This document shows positions 36,610-50,904 of a stretch of 64,000 nucleotides of DNA, piece by piece (the first letter of the stretch is position 1; each line of letters opens with the position of its first letter). Origin of the DNA: Tachypleus tridentatus (Eukaryota); the NCBI RefSeq assembly GCF_004210375.1, contig NC_134837.1:252553964-252617963 (forward strand), in the 5' to 3' direction. The position numbers and the translations under genes were made by a program. The notes beneath the pieces are model-generated. The model made no database searches. It worked only from the letters and a program-made list of their open reading frames with translations, and was not told the origin of the DNA.

Positions 36610-37250
36610 TATTCTTTCACTTGAATATATTGCACCAGCAGAACTACTTTAACTTATTCTTTCACTTGAATATATTGCACCAGCAGAACTACTTTAACTT
36701 ATTCTTTCACTTGAATATATTGCACCAGCAGAACTACTTTAACTTATTCTTTCACTTGAATATATTGCACCAGCAGAACTACTTTAACTTATTCTTTCAC
36801 TTGAATATATTGCACCAGCAGAACTACTTTAACTTATTCTTTCACTTGAATATATTGCACCAGCAGAACTACTTTAACTTATTCTTTCACTTGAATATAT
36901 TGCACCAGCAGAACTACTTTAACTTATTCTTTCACTTGAATATATTGCACCAGCAGAACCACTTTAACATATTCTTTCACTTGAATATATTGCACCAGCA
37001 GAACTACTTTAACTTATTCTTTCACTTGAATATATTGCACCAGCAGAACCACTTTAACATATTCTTTCACTTGAATATATTGCACCAGCAGAACTACTTT
37101 AACTTATTCTTTCACTTGAATATATTGCACCAGCAGAACTACTTTAACTTATTCTTTCACTTGAATATATTGCACCAGCAGAACTACTTTAACTTATTCT
37201 TTCACTTGAATATATTGCACCAGCAGAACCACTTTAACATATTCTTACAT
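36610..37250. repeat. Minisatellite, 45-bp unit, about 14 copies with 2 variant unit types
   Basis: Unit cttgaatatattgcaccagcagaactactttaacttattctttca. Three units carry ccactttaacat. It produces the spurious 213-aa ORF 36621-37262 (NILHQQNYFNLFFHL x14). Confidence 0.95.
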
Positions 37251-38169
37251 CTTCTCAAGTAAGAATATTCCTATATTTTTGAAACGTGTACACAAAGAAA
37301 GTTATATTGAACAAAAACATTATAAAATAAAATTTAAGAAAACAACAAAATCCCAGGTTTGAGGCTTGTTCCTAAGTTTGTAAACTTCACATTAAAATCC
37401 TTTCTTTGATACCATCACTAGTCACTTCTCAGAGATCATACACAACTTTTTATGTAAATAATATTTATTTAACACTGAGTTAGATAGAAAATAATCTTTT
37501 CTATCCATTCATGTTTAGCCTATGGTTTTATCTTGTTTCAAGATAATATATACAAAAGTAGAAACCTCCATCAGTTGCCACGTATGCTAAAGTTCAACCA
37601 CAATGCCCATGAGAAGTGTGTTTTTTGACCAGTGAGAACCCCAGTATAACTGGCATGGGAAAAGGTATTCAATCTTTAGTCTTGTTATGTAATACTGCCA
37701 GTGTATAAAAACAAAAATAATAAATATCATAAAAACAAAAGTTTCACTCATCAAATTAAGTGCAAATGAGAGAAAAAAAATGACATATCCGTTCAATGCA
37801 GTGCTAAGAATGAAGTTATCACAAGTGCATTGGAGGAGTTATTGCACATGAAGGATGTGTTGTTTTCCTGCTGCTGAAGGACTGTTTTTGCATGATGACA
37901 TCATAATGCACCAGTGCAGTTCATATGAGTAAGTTCAAGTCTAGTGTCATGAAAACCTCATAGGAGATGCAAGAGAGGAACAACATTTGTGTGTTTGTGT
38001 AAAGACATAGATTACCATCTCATAAATATCATTATCGAATTAATAATCCAGCTACTTTCTGAAACAGTATAAACAGTGATAAAACTAACTATTGTAGTTA
38101 TTCTACTAAAAAAATACTTGAGTTTTTCTAGTGCTTTATAACCTCAAATTTAATAATCATAACAAAATA

Positions 38170-38340
38170 AACCATACTAACTTTTTGCCTTTACAACTGA
38201 ACAAGCAAACAGTTCCATCCTGGTAACCCACTAGCAGGTTGCTTCCAACCTGACTCAAACTAGTTACCATTCTTTTCATTTTCAGAGCTTTTATGTCTAG
38301 CATGTCCAAGCCATCTTCTAGCAAGACCACCTAATAAAGT
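38170..38340 (-). CDS. NACHT-WD40 gene exon region (two short exons). The second contains a WD40 motif.
   Basis: tattag|VVLLEDGLDMLDIKALKMKRM|gtaact and gtcag|VGSNLLVGYQDGTVCLFSCKGKKLV. Confidence 0.4.
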
Positions 38341-39238
38341 AAACACAATATTCATTCACATAAGTTTAATGTAGTTCTCTACCTATTGCCTCAAAAAAAT
38401 GCTACAAAAAGGACATTCTAGAATTGTTGTAGAATTTGTAATTTGAAACAAGATAAGAATCAATAAAACAAAATTTGTACTTTGATTTTAAATCCAAAAA
38501 CCTTAGAAAAAGCATTTTAAATTTTGAAACAAAATTGGCGTTCACTAAATGTCTGTAGTTAATATTAGGTTGAGGAATAATTCGTGAGCGTTTTTAAATA
38601 ATTTCATTCAAGCATTACATGCAAGACTATACAACACTTCAATGCATGAACACATTACACCCAAAACATTTATTATGATACTTTATTTCATGTAATACCT
38701 AGGTATATAGTATGCATTGTTTTAAACGAAATTGCAAGAAATTAAATGCGAAAAGCAGATGGTGTCGAAAATGCTCAATTTTGTCCACTTGACATTCCAT
38801 TTAATGAGCTGAAAATGAAAGCAAAAATTAAAGACATATGAAAATCAAACACACCGTCTATTAGAGCAAAAAATTATCTACCAAATGACATGAAATATTT
38901 TGCGAAAGCGTTTCATTTATGAATATATTTTGTTAACTTAAAAAAACGCCCACGAATTATTCCTCAACCCAATATATTTCAACCAAATATAATATACTTT
39001 TCACATTATACAGCCTTATTCAGTATCACTTATTACTCAGTTTATGGAAGGTTAAATCTTCAGCCAAGCAGGTTCGATGCTTATATTTACACAACAAAAA
39101 CTGAATGGATTACAGACTTACATGTAGTTTTTGTCACTGAGCTTAAAAGGTAAAATAAATTATAAGTGGAGGTATATAAACAACTTGATTTTACACTGTT
39201 GATAAACAAAACCAATATTTTTATTATTCGAACCTCAC

Positions 39239-39360
39239 CTTTATATCTCCAGTTTTGGATGCAACACACATTCCACATAGAGCTCCAGTAGAAGGTTTCT
39301 TAAAAGAGCTGATGCAACTGACAGAGTCTCTAACTATCATTTTTTTCCAAAACAGAGCAC
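39239..39360 (-). CDS. NACHT-WD40 gene exon
   Basis: ttttaccag|..ALFWKKMIVRDSVSCISSFKKPSTGALCGMCVASKTGDIK|gtgagg. Confidence 0.5.
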
Positions 39361-42300
39361 CTGGTAAAAATTTATTACACATAAAAACCTTGAGTTGTGT
39401 TTTATTTTAAAGGGAACAAAAACAATAAATGTATTCACATAAAAAAAAGAATAAATTAATTTAACTTTATTATTACACAACAAATTACACCTAGGACACC
39501 AAATATATTATTGTAACAAAGTAAAAAAATAGCTCTCAAAGTTTCACTTAAGATTTATAATTCTTAAAAGTACAAATTAATTGAAGAATTTAATTTTCAC
39601 ACAGTAACCTTTCAGAGAGATACATGTTTAAACTAAATTATATAAGCATTTCACACACCTACCCAGGTATGGGGGTTTGGTTGAACTCTCAGTTTTTATG
39701 ATGCACAAAAATTATGCTTATATAATTGTAGCACGGCTGTTTATAACATTTAATGATTTTTACACAGTCATGTTCTGATGAAGCATTAGAAGTTTTCGAT
39801 TTGAAACAGCCACATAAACCCAAACTCCTGTAGAATTAGCATGCTTTGCAAGATGGTTGTGTTTTGCACAATGTGTATTGGCTCTTGATCTCACAAATCA
39901 GACCCCTTCATTCAAGTGTTCTGCATATGCACCTGCACTTTTAAAAAGAAATGCCAACTCTTTCTATACAGAGTTAGTCATAGTAACCAATCTTTTCATC
40001 TCAAAGTAACCATCAGAGTTTCCATACTATAAAGTTTAACATGTTTTATGTATGTTTGCAAAATGTAGCAAGCTTTTAGTAAACATTACAGACTTTTTGT
40101 ATAAAAAAAAATCATATTTTTTAAATTAAGTGTTTTTATTCAAGATTTATCCTTGAGTATATATGGAGTCAGAGTTTTGACTACTCAGAATGTATGACTT
40201 TCATGTTAATATTAAAAATACTCTTCTTTATTTGAAAACTGTAAAATGTCCTTTGCATAATCTTTAAAACCTCCAAAATTAACATCCAACTTTTTTCCAT
40301 AAAACTATATAATTTATCTGAAATTTTTTCTACACAAACTACAAAGACTTGGTCAATTTAACCAATCTTGTAACCACCACAGATTGGAACATATAACTAC
40401 AGTTTTTACATGAAACAGTTTAAGGCTTGTAACATTCTACACCCATTTACATTTATTGTTTTGTTTGTATATACTACCCTGTGAATTGTATCTAACAAAT
40501 TAATCCTGCCATACAAGTTGTAAATTGCTCAATGAACACATGGCTCACACTGCTATTTTAAATAAAGTAATGCACAAAGTGGTAGCAAATCTACATCAAG
40601 AAGACTTATGATATTGTTGTTCAATATCTTATCTCATGTAGTCTAGAAAGTTTCTAATTTTTACATCTTAGTTATTTTTGTTACAAAATGCGAAAAATGT
40701 GTAAGAAAAACAAAAAATATAGTGCTTACCTTAGCACACATTTTTTGCTATTAGTTGCAGATGAAATTTAAATCTATTTTTTTTATATGTAGTGATGGAA
40801 CTAATACCCTAAATAATTCTTATTTACTTAAATAATACATCTAAGAACATACAATAACATTCACAGAGCAAACAAATGTCTTATAACTATCATAACATAA
40901 CTAACTTTCTAACTAAGGCATTAAAGCCTTAAATAATTCTTTGAGCTTCTATGGCTGAACATTGAGAGAAACTTTTAAACTGAAGACAACAGAATATAAT
41001 ACATAATTTCAAAGACTAAAACATTTGTTTTGTTATTGGTTATACATTATATTGCATAAAGAGCCAGAAAAACTCATTGGTAATTTGTGAATAATGTTTG
41101 TGATAACAGGTTGGAATGGCAATTGGATGTGATTTTCTAGTTTATAACATTCTAATCCAAATTAGAAAGCACAATTTTTAGTAACTGAATGTGAACCCAT
41201 TGGATTCATAATCCAGTACACTAAGCCAACTCTAACCAAAACATAACTTCAAAAAAACATGTTTTTTTAACAATATTGGCTGATCCAATTTTTCAATAGA
41301 AATAAAATTTAAGTAGGAATAACTACAACAAACAATAATTAAATATAATGTATATTTCAAAGTTGCATGCACAATTTACTCATGTATTTCGAATAACGAA
41401 CTAGATTTTGGGTCATCTGAGATAAGCCTACAAAAAATGAAATTCATAAAATCATAAACTCTTGAATATATACAGAAGTTTAATTTTTGAAATAACAAAT
41501 AAACTTTATTGATCAAATGACATTTTAACAAGTTAGGGAAACGTTTTGTTCTAACTCAATAAATGACATTTTTAATCAAACGAACTTTTCATCTTAATTT
41601 CTTCAGAAACATTAAATCCATTGTTTTCTCTACAACTGAAGGACAGAGTGTTAAAACATACAGTAGTCTCTCTCTCTCTTTCAAGTAAAAATTAATAACG
41701 GTATATTTTAATTAAAAGTAATAACAAAGATGTTAACACAAACTATTATTCCTACATCTATAGAGGTTGAGAAAACAGGGGATGACATCAACATCACATA
41801 AGTAGAAACACTAGGCACAAAGCTGGACGTATCAGACAAGTTAAGGGGAACGTCTTGAATAGCTCTCATATGCACGTTCAAAAATTATGAAGCAAGTAGT
41901 TAGAATAAATATTAAATAGATAACTTTTATGAAACTAAAACAAAAATAGAATGAAAAAACTGAAGACGAATTTTAAGAAAATTAAATATTATGTCTACAG
42001 AATAAAGTAAAAAAAACAAACAAATTATTTAAAGCAAATTTATCAAATATAATCTGTAATTTTACGAAACTAAACACATAAATGTTATGCACAAATATTT
42101 ACAACACAATATGTTTTAACAGTATTAGAAAGAAATGTGGTTACTTCAAATTTATCAATTTTTCAACTTGAATTTGGATACTAGATTTCTCTTATGCAAG
42201 GTAAATGGCTCAACCAATTGAACTAAACGGTTAACCCATTAGTGTTTGATGTTAGATGCTTTTTAACAACTCAGATCACCAAAGAATGTTTGGTGAGCTA

Positions 42301-42375
42301 CATACAGTACCAAAGTAGTTATCCTATTATAAGTGTTTTCTTCTTAATCTAATTCTCACTTTCAATGATTTTTAC

Positions 42376-42523
42376 CTTTTTGTATATCAAACAAAAAGAC
42401 TTCTCCAGTTTCTTGTCCAATAGCAACATAAGAAATATCCAAAAAGATCATGCAAGTTGGACTTGAAGATAAAACTGATTGAGATATGGTGTGTACAACA
42501 GCCTTGCTGTAACTGATCCATGC
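42376..42523 (-). CDS. NACHT-WD40 gene exon
   Basis: ttgcag|AWISYSKAVVHTISQSVLSSSPTCMIFLDISYVAIGQETGEVFLFDIQK|gtaaaaa. Confidence 0.55.
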
Positions 42524-43037
42524 CTGCAATTATAGCAGTTTTAAAACGTTAAATACAGAAACTCTAGGGAGGTGACTTTATAATAATATGATAATAAGCT
42601 TATTAGAACATAGCAGTTATTTCTTCTTCTGATACAGGTAAAAACAAAAACTCAGCACTTTAGGAAAGACAATACTATCAAATTATTGGGTGTAATTTTA
42701 AAAGACAAATGAACAATAACCAAAGCTCTAAAACAACAGTTGTAACATCATAAAATCTTTACTAAAAATATTGTAAAGTTACAATCTTTGAGCACTCTGC
42801 CCTCCCACCCCTGAAAAAAGTTAAAATTTTCACATAAGCAAGAAATAAAACTTTTTTAATGTAATATTTACAAACATGTAAAACTAAATAACCCAGCAAT
42901 GAAGCAATATTTCAGAGTATGTGTAACGAATAAATTTAAGTCTCTGTAAACAAATTTGAAATTAATTAAATAGTTAACAGAATTTTGATAGTAGCATGTA
43001 AAAATATCACAGTTTTAAATATATTAATATCAAATAC

Positions 43038-43136
43038 CTTTAAGGTTCTATCTTTACTCCCTGTAATCATAATATCCTCCAGAACTGAAAAAGATGCACA
43101 TGTGACAGGAAGAACATGTCCTTCCATCTTACCAAT
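43038..43136 (-). CDS. WD40 exon
   Basis: ttttcag|IGKMEGHVLPVTCASFSVLEDIMITGSKDRTLK|gtattt. Confidence 0.6.
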
Positions 43137-43740
43137 CTGAAAAATGCCAAAACATGAAAATTATAATTTAAATTTTGTTTATTAATAACTTTTATTCCAA
43201 GTTTGTATAATAACCTTACAAAACTTTTACTTCTAGCTTGCAGAATTAAGTTTACTGGAATAATTTTAAAACATTCAAGTAATACTAACACAATAGTGAA
43301 TGTAAAGACAGACAAAAAGATCAGAAACACAGATTCCGGAATTACAAATTTAACATTTCTGAGATGCAATTCTATTCACTGGTCACTAACCAACCATGAG
43401 AACATAGAGGTACAGCTGGTAATAAACTGAACAAATACTTTTTCACCAGATGATAACCTTACAAAGAAACAATGTAAGGAGTGAGAAAATGCACATAACA
43501 TCAATGTAAAATATGCCCTATTTTTCACTTAGTCAAGTTTTAGTTTTCATAGTCCAACAAAAACAACTTTCATTCATCAGGCAGAAGGATAAAAAAAACA
43601 AACCTGGCTGCTAATGGTGAACAATAATACAACTACTCAGCACACAATCCATAAAATTAACGAGTAAATCTGAAGAAAAATACAAAATGTCAGAGGCTTA
43701 GAATACAATACAAACACACTAGTTTACAACGTGATGTAAA

Positions 43741-44172
43741 CAGGGGCGTAGATCCTGGGGAGATGGGGTATACATCCCTCCCTTCATTTTAGGTGGGGGG
43801 TTGGTGCATACAATCATCCCTCCCCTACAGTTTGGTCTGTTGAATTGTTTTATTGCATCACAGGCCTACAATTTGTGTGTTTGTTCTTGAGATTCTCGTG
43901 ATCTTACCAATCAAATTACATAATTAGGCCTAGATGTAGGCTTTTGCAGTAGCCAAAATGTACATCTTTAATATAGGCGTGCTTCTAAGCTTTTCGATCT
44001 AAGCGATAGTTCGTAAGTATCAGTCAGTAGGCCTAAGTATACATGCAAGTATCGTGGCAACAAGATTACTCTGTGACTGCATGTTTACAGCTTTCAGATT
44101 CACGTAATCAGAGATTACCAATTTGTAAATTGAACAATCCACCCCATCGGGTGTAAAAAATCTACGCCCCTG
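43741..44172. mobile_element. hAT-like non-autonomous element (MITE), 432 bp, 13-bp TIRs, 8-bp TSD
   Basis: TIRs caggggcgtagat (43741) and atctacgcccctg (44160-44172). They are flanked by gatgtaaa (43733-43740) and gatgtcaa (44173-44180), matching 7 of 8 positions. The termini resemble the Ac CAGGG... ends. No ORF. Confidence 0.7.
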
Positions 44173-44906
44173 GATGTCAACCAAACAAGTTAAAAGTCCT
44201 ATCACATGGTGAAATTGATGTAGAAAGAAGTTTAAACCACGTTGTCCTTGACACTGTCTGTAATACGTCTATTACAGAAATACAAAGAATGGTAAAGTCC
44301 ACATCATTCGAACTATACTATTTCAACCACTTAATCAGACTCACTAATCATAAGAAAATAATGTTTAGATTCAACACATGACACAGCTGACATGTGAGGG
44401 CTACAGGAAGATCAGAATAAAAGTATTACTAACATCTATCCTAGCCTAACTACTTTGTTTAATCACATGCAGAAGAGTTCAAGACATGCAATTTAGAATT
44501 ATTGGCTACATACATTTGATAAAAATAACAAGTATATCTTCTAATGCAGTACATTCACCAAAGATAAAGTAAAAGGTTCAATATCAGAGCTGAAAACAAA
44601 ATATAAGCCAAAACTGTGGATTTTTGTTTAGTAGTATTAATGCTATTGGTTATATGAACAGATTATGCAAATCACATAGCAGATGAAGTACTAGAATCTC
44701 ATTTAACAAATTTGCTGTAAATGGATTTATTACTAGTGAAGTCAGAAATATTTCTTATTGTTGTATCTATATGTTTCAGAAAGCCTAAAATTTAAGTACC
44801 TACACAACACCTTTAATTTAAGAATAGCCCACGATTTATTTAATAATAATAATAGTGAGCCATATAAAACTAAAAAAATAAGTTATAAGTTCACTAACCT
44901 GAGTAC

Positions 44907-45020
44907 CTTGAGATGCTGACCACAGGAACACTTCCATCCTGGACGATGATGACACAATCTGTTGACCACTAGTGCTAAAAGTCACAAACTGCACTGACCC
45001 TTTATGACCATGGAGGATCT
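44907..45020 (-). CDS. WD40 exon
   Basis: tttttgtag|ILHGHKGSVQFVTFSTSGQQIVSSSSRMEVFLWSASQ|gtactc. Confidence 0.6.
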
Positions 45021-45332
45021 ACAAAAATTATATAATACTTTAATAACAACAATGCCCCAAGAAGACTACTGATTTTATACTCAGACAAAATGTGTCCAGA
45101 AAACTATACTAATTACTATATTCTTTGGCATCAGTTCCATATGTTTTATCCAACAAATAACAAATTGGCTCAGAACTGCTTTTACAGTAAATACATACAA
45201 GGTTAAAAAGGAAGTTAATATGTATGCTTTAAGAAACTGAGTTTAAACTATACATGAATAAATAATTAAGAAAACAACTTATGCCACTTTTCAATCTGAT
45301 TCTCAGTAATTTCTATAAGAACAATGACTCAC

Positions 45333-45441
45333 TGCTTTTCTTCTAACTGTAACAAGATCCCATAATTTAACTGTTTTGTCCCATCCTCCACTAACAAGTA
45401 ACTGCTTCTCTGGATGAAAATCTATACAACTGATTGGTTTC
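45333..45441 (-). CDS. WD40 exon
   Basis: tgtttcag|..KPISCIDFHPEKQLLVSGGWDKTVKLWDLVTVRRKA|gtgagt. Confidence 0.65.
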
Positions 45442-46692
45442 CTGAAACATAAGTCAGTTGTATTCTTATCCTATTATAATGTATTTCAATATTTTTATAA
45501 AACAGAAGTACTTTAACTGACAAGGATTTACAATTCTTCATACATGTACCATGACCAATGAGGATTGAAATTTCAAACTATGTTAGTTCTATAACTATGG
45601 CCATCTCAGCATCAACCTTCTTATGTCTTTACACATATAGTAATAGAATTTATTCATACATATTTGTAATCTTGCAGTTGGAATGTGACTTCATACTGCA
45701 ATTCACATAACCAAACATGTTGGATTAAGTCTTAATAAACACTAAGGAATGACAAAAGTATTTAGCTAGTATGTACATCTGTAAGAAATTTTAAGTACTT
45801 ATTTAGCTTATAGATGATTCTAACCATCTGTAAGTTTCAAGAACAAAACAAAGGAAGTGTTCCGATAATCCACATAAGTAACTAAAAAAAGTTAGTTTTT
45901 ATTCAGTGTTTCTGTTTTATGCATTGAATGTAAGCTTAAACTCAATATTAAACAAATAATTCTGATACGTAAAGAGTCTGCATCTCTTATTTTTCACCCA
46001 AATTTAAGAATTAAGATCCAACCTGCATTTCTAGTACAGTGAAAACTATGTAATTTTGAATGTACATCAATATTTTAAATTTGACCTTAATGTCAAAGTA
46101 TACAAATGATTAAATACATGTGCTATCATATTATGCCTTATTACTTCAACTGTAATAGTAAATCAAAATCTATGCACCAAGAAGAAAAGGAAACCAGTGC
46201 ACTTTCAACAGCTGATTATTGATTATTTTTATGAAATTAATAAATGTCATTTGTTTCTCAAGGTAATTGATAAATAATAGTATAAAGTTCACTGCTCAGT
46301 TGTAACTGTATATAGCACTGAAAATATATATATACTTCATTTGAAAACCTTACTTTGACCATAAGTTAATGTCTATAAACCACATGTAATGTGTAATGTT
46401 TTTGTTACTCTGTTTGATATTTTTACTCCTTACTTAGGAATTAAACACACCAGAAAAGACTGAGTAGTTTGGGGCAAATCTTTAACAGCTCGGTCTATTA
46501 TGTGGCTGGAATGCATTTTTGACTATTTGGTTTTAATTCTACTTTTAGAACCTCACAAATTACTAGTTTACATGTGCCTAATACATACATGTTTTCATAA
46601 TTATTTTACTTCATTAAATCTTACTTTTACTTGTGTACTACAGCCTTACTTGTTCTGTCTAATACAGGTAATTTCTCGACAATCTTTCCCAC

Positions 46693-46799
46693 TCCAGATT
46701 CTTATTGTTTTGTCCCATCCTGTAGAAACAATGGTGGTTCCATCAGGATCAGAAACACAGGATGTTACACTTCTTACATGGCCCTCTAAAACACCAATT
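46693..46799 (-). CDS. WD40 exon
   Basis: aacag|..[36 protein letters not shown]. The 3' boundary is uncertain. Confidence 0.6.
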
Positions 46800-48591
46800 C
46801 TGTTAACACCAGAAAGTTAATTGAGTAACTCAAATTATTTTAATTATGTCTTTTAACAAAACAAAGCAATACAAATGTAAAAAAGAATTCTTTTGGAAAC
46901 CTTAGCAAAATATTCAACAATTTTTAAAGAGATGAATCTGCAATGAATAATTAAACATTACATATGAAAACCTCAAGTATTATACAAGACATATACAACA
47001 CTTGGAAAACAGTTCTTTCTGATCATCAAATTTATCAATTAAAATAGATCTTTACAACACGAAAGTCTCCAAATTGCAAAAAGTAATCTTGCAGCTTGCA
47101 TATAATTGCTGTTTTCAACCTGAGTGGCAACTTATGTAACATATGTTATACAGACAGGACAGACATCAAAAGGTTTAGTGACTTCTAATTTAACATTGCA
47201 AATCCAGAAGAGTGACAACCAGTTAGAAGCACCTACTGCAATGGTGTGACAGTCAAAACCAGTTTACCCACAACTGAAAGTGCAGAGCATTCAGAGAGGC
47301 ATGCCATGGCTAAAGCCTTGAACTTTCCAAACCACATCCTGGTATACTAACTACTAAACCATGCCAATCCTATGATCCTTAAATAAGAATTTCTAAACAT
47401 ACACTAAAAATACAGGAAAAGAACCACAGTTAAATGATTTCATCAGCAGCTATCAGAAATCATACATAAATTTCTTTATGTATTCTAGATATCTTTAAAT
47501 TTATCAAGGTACGTTAACTACATGAATAGTCTAACCACTGAAGGATGCTAATGGCACTTGGCTTTTATATACCTTTATTTACTTTGAGCAATAACTACTG
47601 TAAAAGCTTAACAAAAATACATTTTCTGTTTGAAAATTAGTTAATTATGAGGAAAAATCTAAAAGCAATAGAAGTAGAAATTTTAATACATGTTAACATG
47701 TTGGCTCCCACACGACCCATAGGTAGGTCATGATAGTCTTCCAGTAAGACCCACATGACCCACCAGTGTGTTGTGCTCTATTTTCTTTTTAAAGGACCAC
47801 TTATTGGCTGGAACACAACAGATACATACACACTCTTCCTAAAAAAGTAACTGTACAATGACCAGTGGGACCCTGGAAAGCAAAATTATTTTATCTGTAA
47901 TTATAATTTATGTGCTTAAGGTTTATGCAAGTTCTAACATGCAAATTGTTCCTATGGTCAGATGTCAAAGGAGATGCCATCACATCTGTAGAGTTACATT
48001 TTGTTTCAATTCATCCAAATCTAATTTATCACAGTTACACACTATGCCTGGTCTTTACAAAGCCTTCTAGAATACTGAAAATTAACAATTTTTAAATAAT
48101 GTTCTTATCCTAAAAGTTTAACCTCCTACAGCAAAGTTTCTAAAATGGCTACTTATTTCACTGAAATGTTTTGTAATTCAAAAGTAATGTTAGACTCTGC
48201 TCATCTTTTCTTACACATTTCTAAATATAAAAATGATTTAATCACATTCACGTGCAAGCCTCTATAACTAAGAACCATTTGCAATGTAAAGAAACATATG
48301 TACAAACACTGAGATCAATACAGCTTATTGATAATATAATATTCTATTTAATTACTTTTGAAGAGAAGAGAATCAAAAGAACCAAATAATCATTATTCTT
48401 CTCACAAAGAATTCAATTTCCTACTTCAAAGATGGAATAATATTTTGCAAATTATTCATAGTAAAGCACAGTGGTTGAGACTATAACTTTCTTTCTGATC
48501 AACATCTTGTCTTTTGTTAATTCCTTTTAATAGATATTACTTCACAACAGACAATTTTCAGACACTGAGTAGCTAAAAAAAAAATTCTTAC

Positions 48592-48715
48592 CTATACCCT
48601 TTTGCTATGTCCCACAAACACAAGTTTCTGTCTACTGAAGAACTGCATAACTTATCATTTCCAACAAAACAAATACTTGTTACCTTCTGAATGTGGCCCG
48701 TTAATGTACGTTTTA
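48592..48715 (-). CDS. WD40 exon
   Basis: ttattacag|IKRTLTGHIQKVTSICFVGNDKLCSSSVDRNLCLWDIAKGY|gtaaga. Confidence 0.65.
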
Positions 48716-50765
48716 TCTGTAATAAAGACACTGAAGATATAAGGAACAGTAACTATTTCTACAGGAGAGCAGCATACACTCTGCTAACCAATTCCAAACA
48801 TCAGGTATTAAGTGTTGAATTAAACCAATAACAATACACACATCAACATATGTTTAATTTATTTCTTTATGAATGATCAAATTCATATGTGTCTGGAGAA
48901 AACCTCAAAACGTGAAATAACCAATTGACCAACTAAAAAAAAAAAAGAGCAGTAGGTGGCTGATCCAAGTCAGCCTCATGAGAAGTTGATCTAGTATATG
49001 AAGGTGATGGAAAAAGAAACTCCAGATTCTCTCCATACTATCACAAATCATCGCAAAACCCCTGGAGAGATACCTCAAGACCAAATATATATCTCCATCT
49101 CTTATGAATAATATTACAGACAGCATCCACTGAGTGTAATGTATCATAACCAAAATACTGTTTCATTAGAAAAAAACCATAGACAGGTAAATTTCTAAAG
49201 GCCAGGTTTATACTAATGGATACAGTAACATAAGTACACATGTACCACATCATTGCATCTACTACAATATTAGTTAGGCATGAAAGAAAGTTCAATAAAA
49301 TAAATATACAGAGATGTATAATAAATGCTATGAGATTTAAGCTATTTAGATGAAACATTTGTGGTTTCTTATTATAATTTGTAATCACTCAAAAATGAAA
49401 AAAATGCATAATTTATATCTCTTTCCTAATTTTTTATGTTCATTATGAGGTTGATCAAATTGATTAAATCCACATACGGATATAACATGAAAATAACAGA
49501 TAAAATGCTGTTTTTCCGAATAAAACATTGATAATTATCTGGTGGTTATTAAGAGATTATAGAGATTTTGCATATGAAATGTGACAATTTTCTGATACAA
49601 AAACAAATATTTTCAATCTTAAAACCAAAATTACTTTGGATGTTGGATGGTCAACATTTGAAAAACAAATGCATGGGCAAATTATACCATAAAAAAATCT
49701 TGAAACTTAATAACAAATATCTGATATTTTGTGTACTAAATCCTTGTAATGTTTACTGATAATCTGAAAATTTTGTGAAAATACACATATTGCATTAAAC
49801 GTTATAGTATAAAAACTGTAACAAACACAAAATGGTTATAAGTCTCTACGACTGAGCTGATAGTTAGAAAGTTAATTTTGAACTGAAAGACTAGATGGAT
49901 GGCAGCTCATGGAATTATCCACTGCTATCTTTTTAGTTACTCTCATCAAAGTGAAATTTTAAGTTACTTTTATAATGCATTTGTAACCTCAAAGTTAGAA
50001 CAATTTACTGCAACTGGATAATCCAGAAAGGTAACCACTTGACCACTGCTGGTGTTATGTGAAAAATACCTCACAGAAACACTCATAGTGGTACCAAGGT
50101 TTAGCCTATATAACTGTATGATATGCAAATTCTTTTCTAATGCCAAATAGTTATGATGAGCACTTAAGAAAGAAATTCACAATGAAAAGATAATTAATAA
50201 ATGTGGGATTGTGAATTTGTTTTTGTATCTTAATAGCTTAACATTATTATTACTTGTCATATTGAAACATTTGATTACAAATAATTTTTTTGTTTTACTT
50301 CCTATATTACAATTATTCACGAGAGCAGTCATATCAATAGGTACTACAATAACCGGAAAATAATAGTAAGATCACAGTATGGGCTAACTGTTGTGTAATC
50401 TCATATTGTCATGTCTACAAATCTATATAAATGATACACTTGTATTTGTCTGTCCAGAACTTTTCTTGTAAATTTCTTGATCAAACAACAACAAATCTCA
50501 TATTATTAGAAAAACCATTATCCTAGCAGTCTACTTTTCCACTCAGAATCAGCTTATGTATGTATTTTCTTTCAGCAAAGCCATATCATGCTGTTATGTC
50601 CACTAAGGTGGACTAAATCTGAGTTTAGCAATTGCAAGCACAAAGACTTACTGTTGTCCCACAAGGGATCCTGAATCACTTTACCTGTTTTACTATTACA
50701 TTCACCTTAAAAAGCTGCACATTTGACACAGTTCTCAAAATCATAAAAAAACAACAAAAACTTAC

Positions 50766-50861
50766 AAAACCAGTTTGGACATCTATAACTCTTATCACAC
50801 CATCCTGTCCTCCTAAACCAGCTATATCACCCTTCCTTGAAACTGCCACACACTGTACTGG
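50766..50861 (-). CDS. WD40 exon
   Basis: cttctgtag|PVQCVAVSRKGDIAGLGGQDGVIRVIDVQTGF|gtaagt. Confidence 0.6.
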
Positions 50862-50904
50862 CTACAGAAGGAGAGAGAATATATGAGGTATAAAAATAAG
50901 AACC

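Noticed and set aside
36621-37262. 213-aa ORF on the plus strand with the repeat NILHQQNYFNLFFHL
   Set aside because: It is purely the translation of the 45-bp minisatellite. It has low complexity and no start context, and it lies in an intron of the minus-strand gene.
43741-43830. GC-rich island caggggcgtagatcctggggagatggggtatacatccctccc as a possible CpG island or promoter
   Set aside because: It is the terminus of the hAT-like MITE (TIR plus subterminal repeats), not a host promoter.
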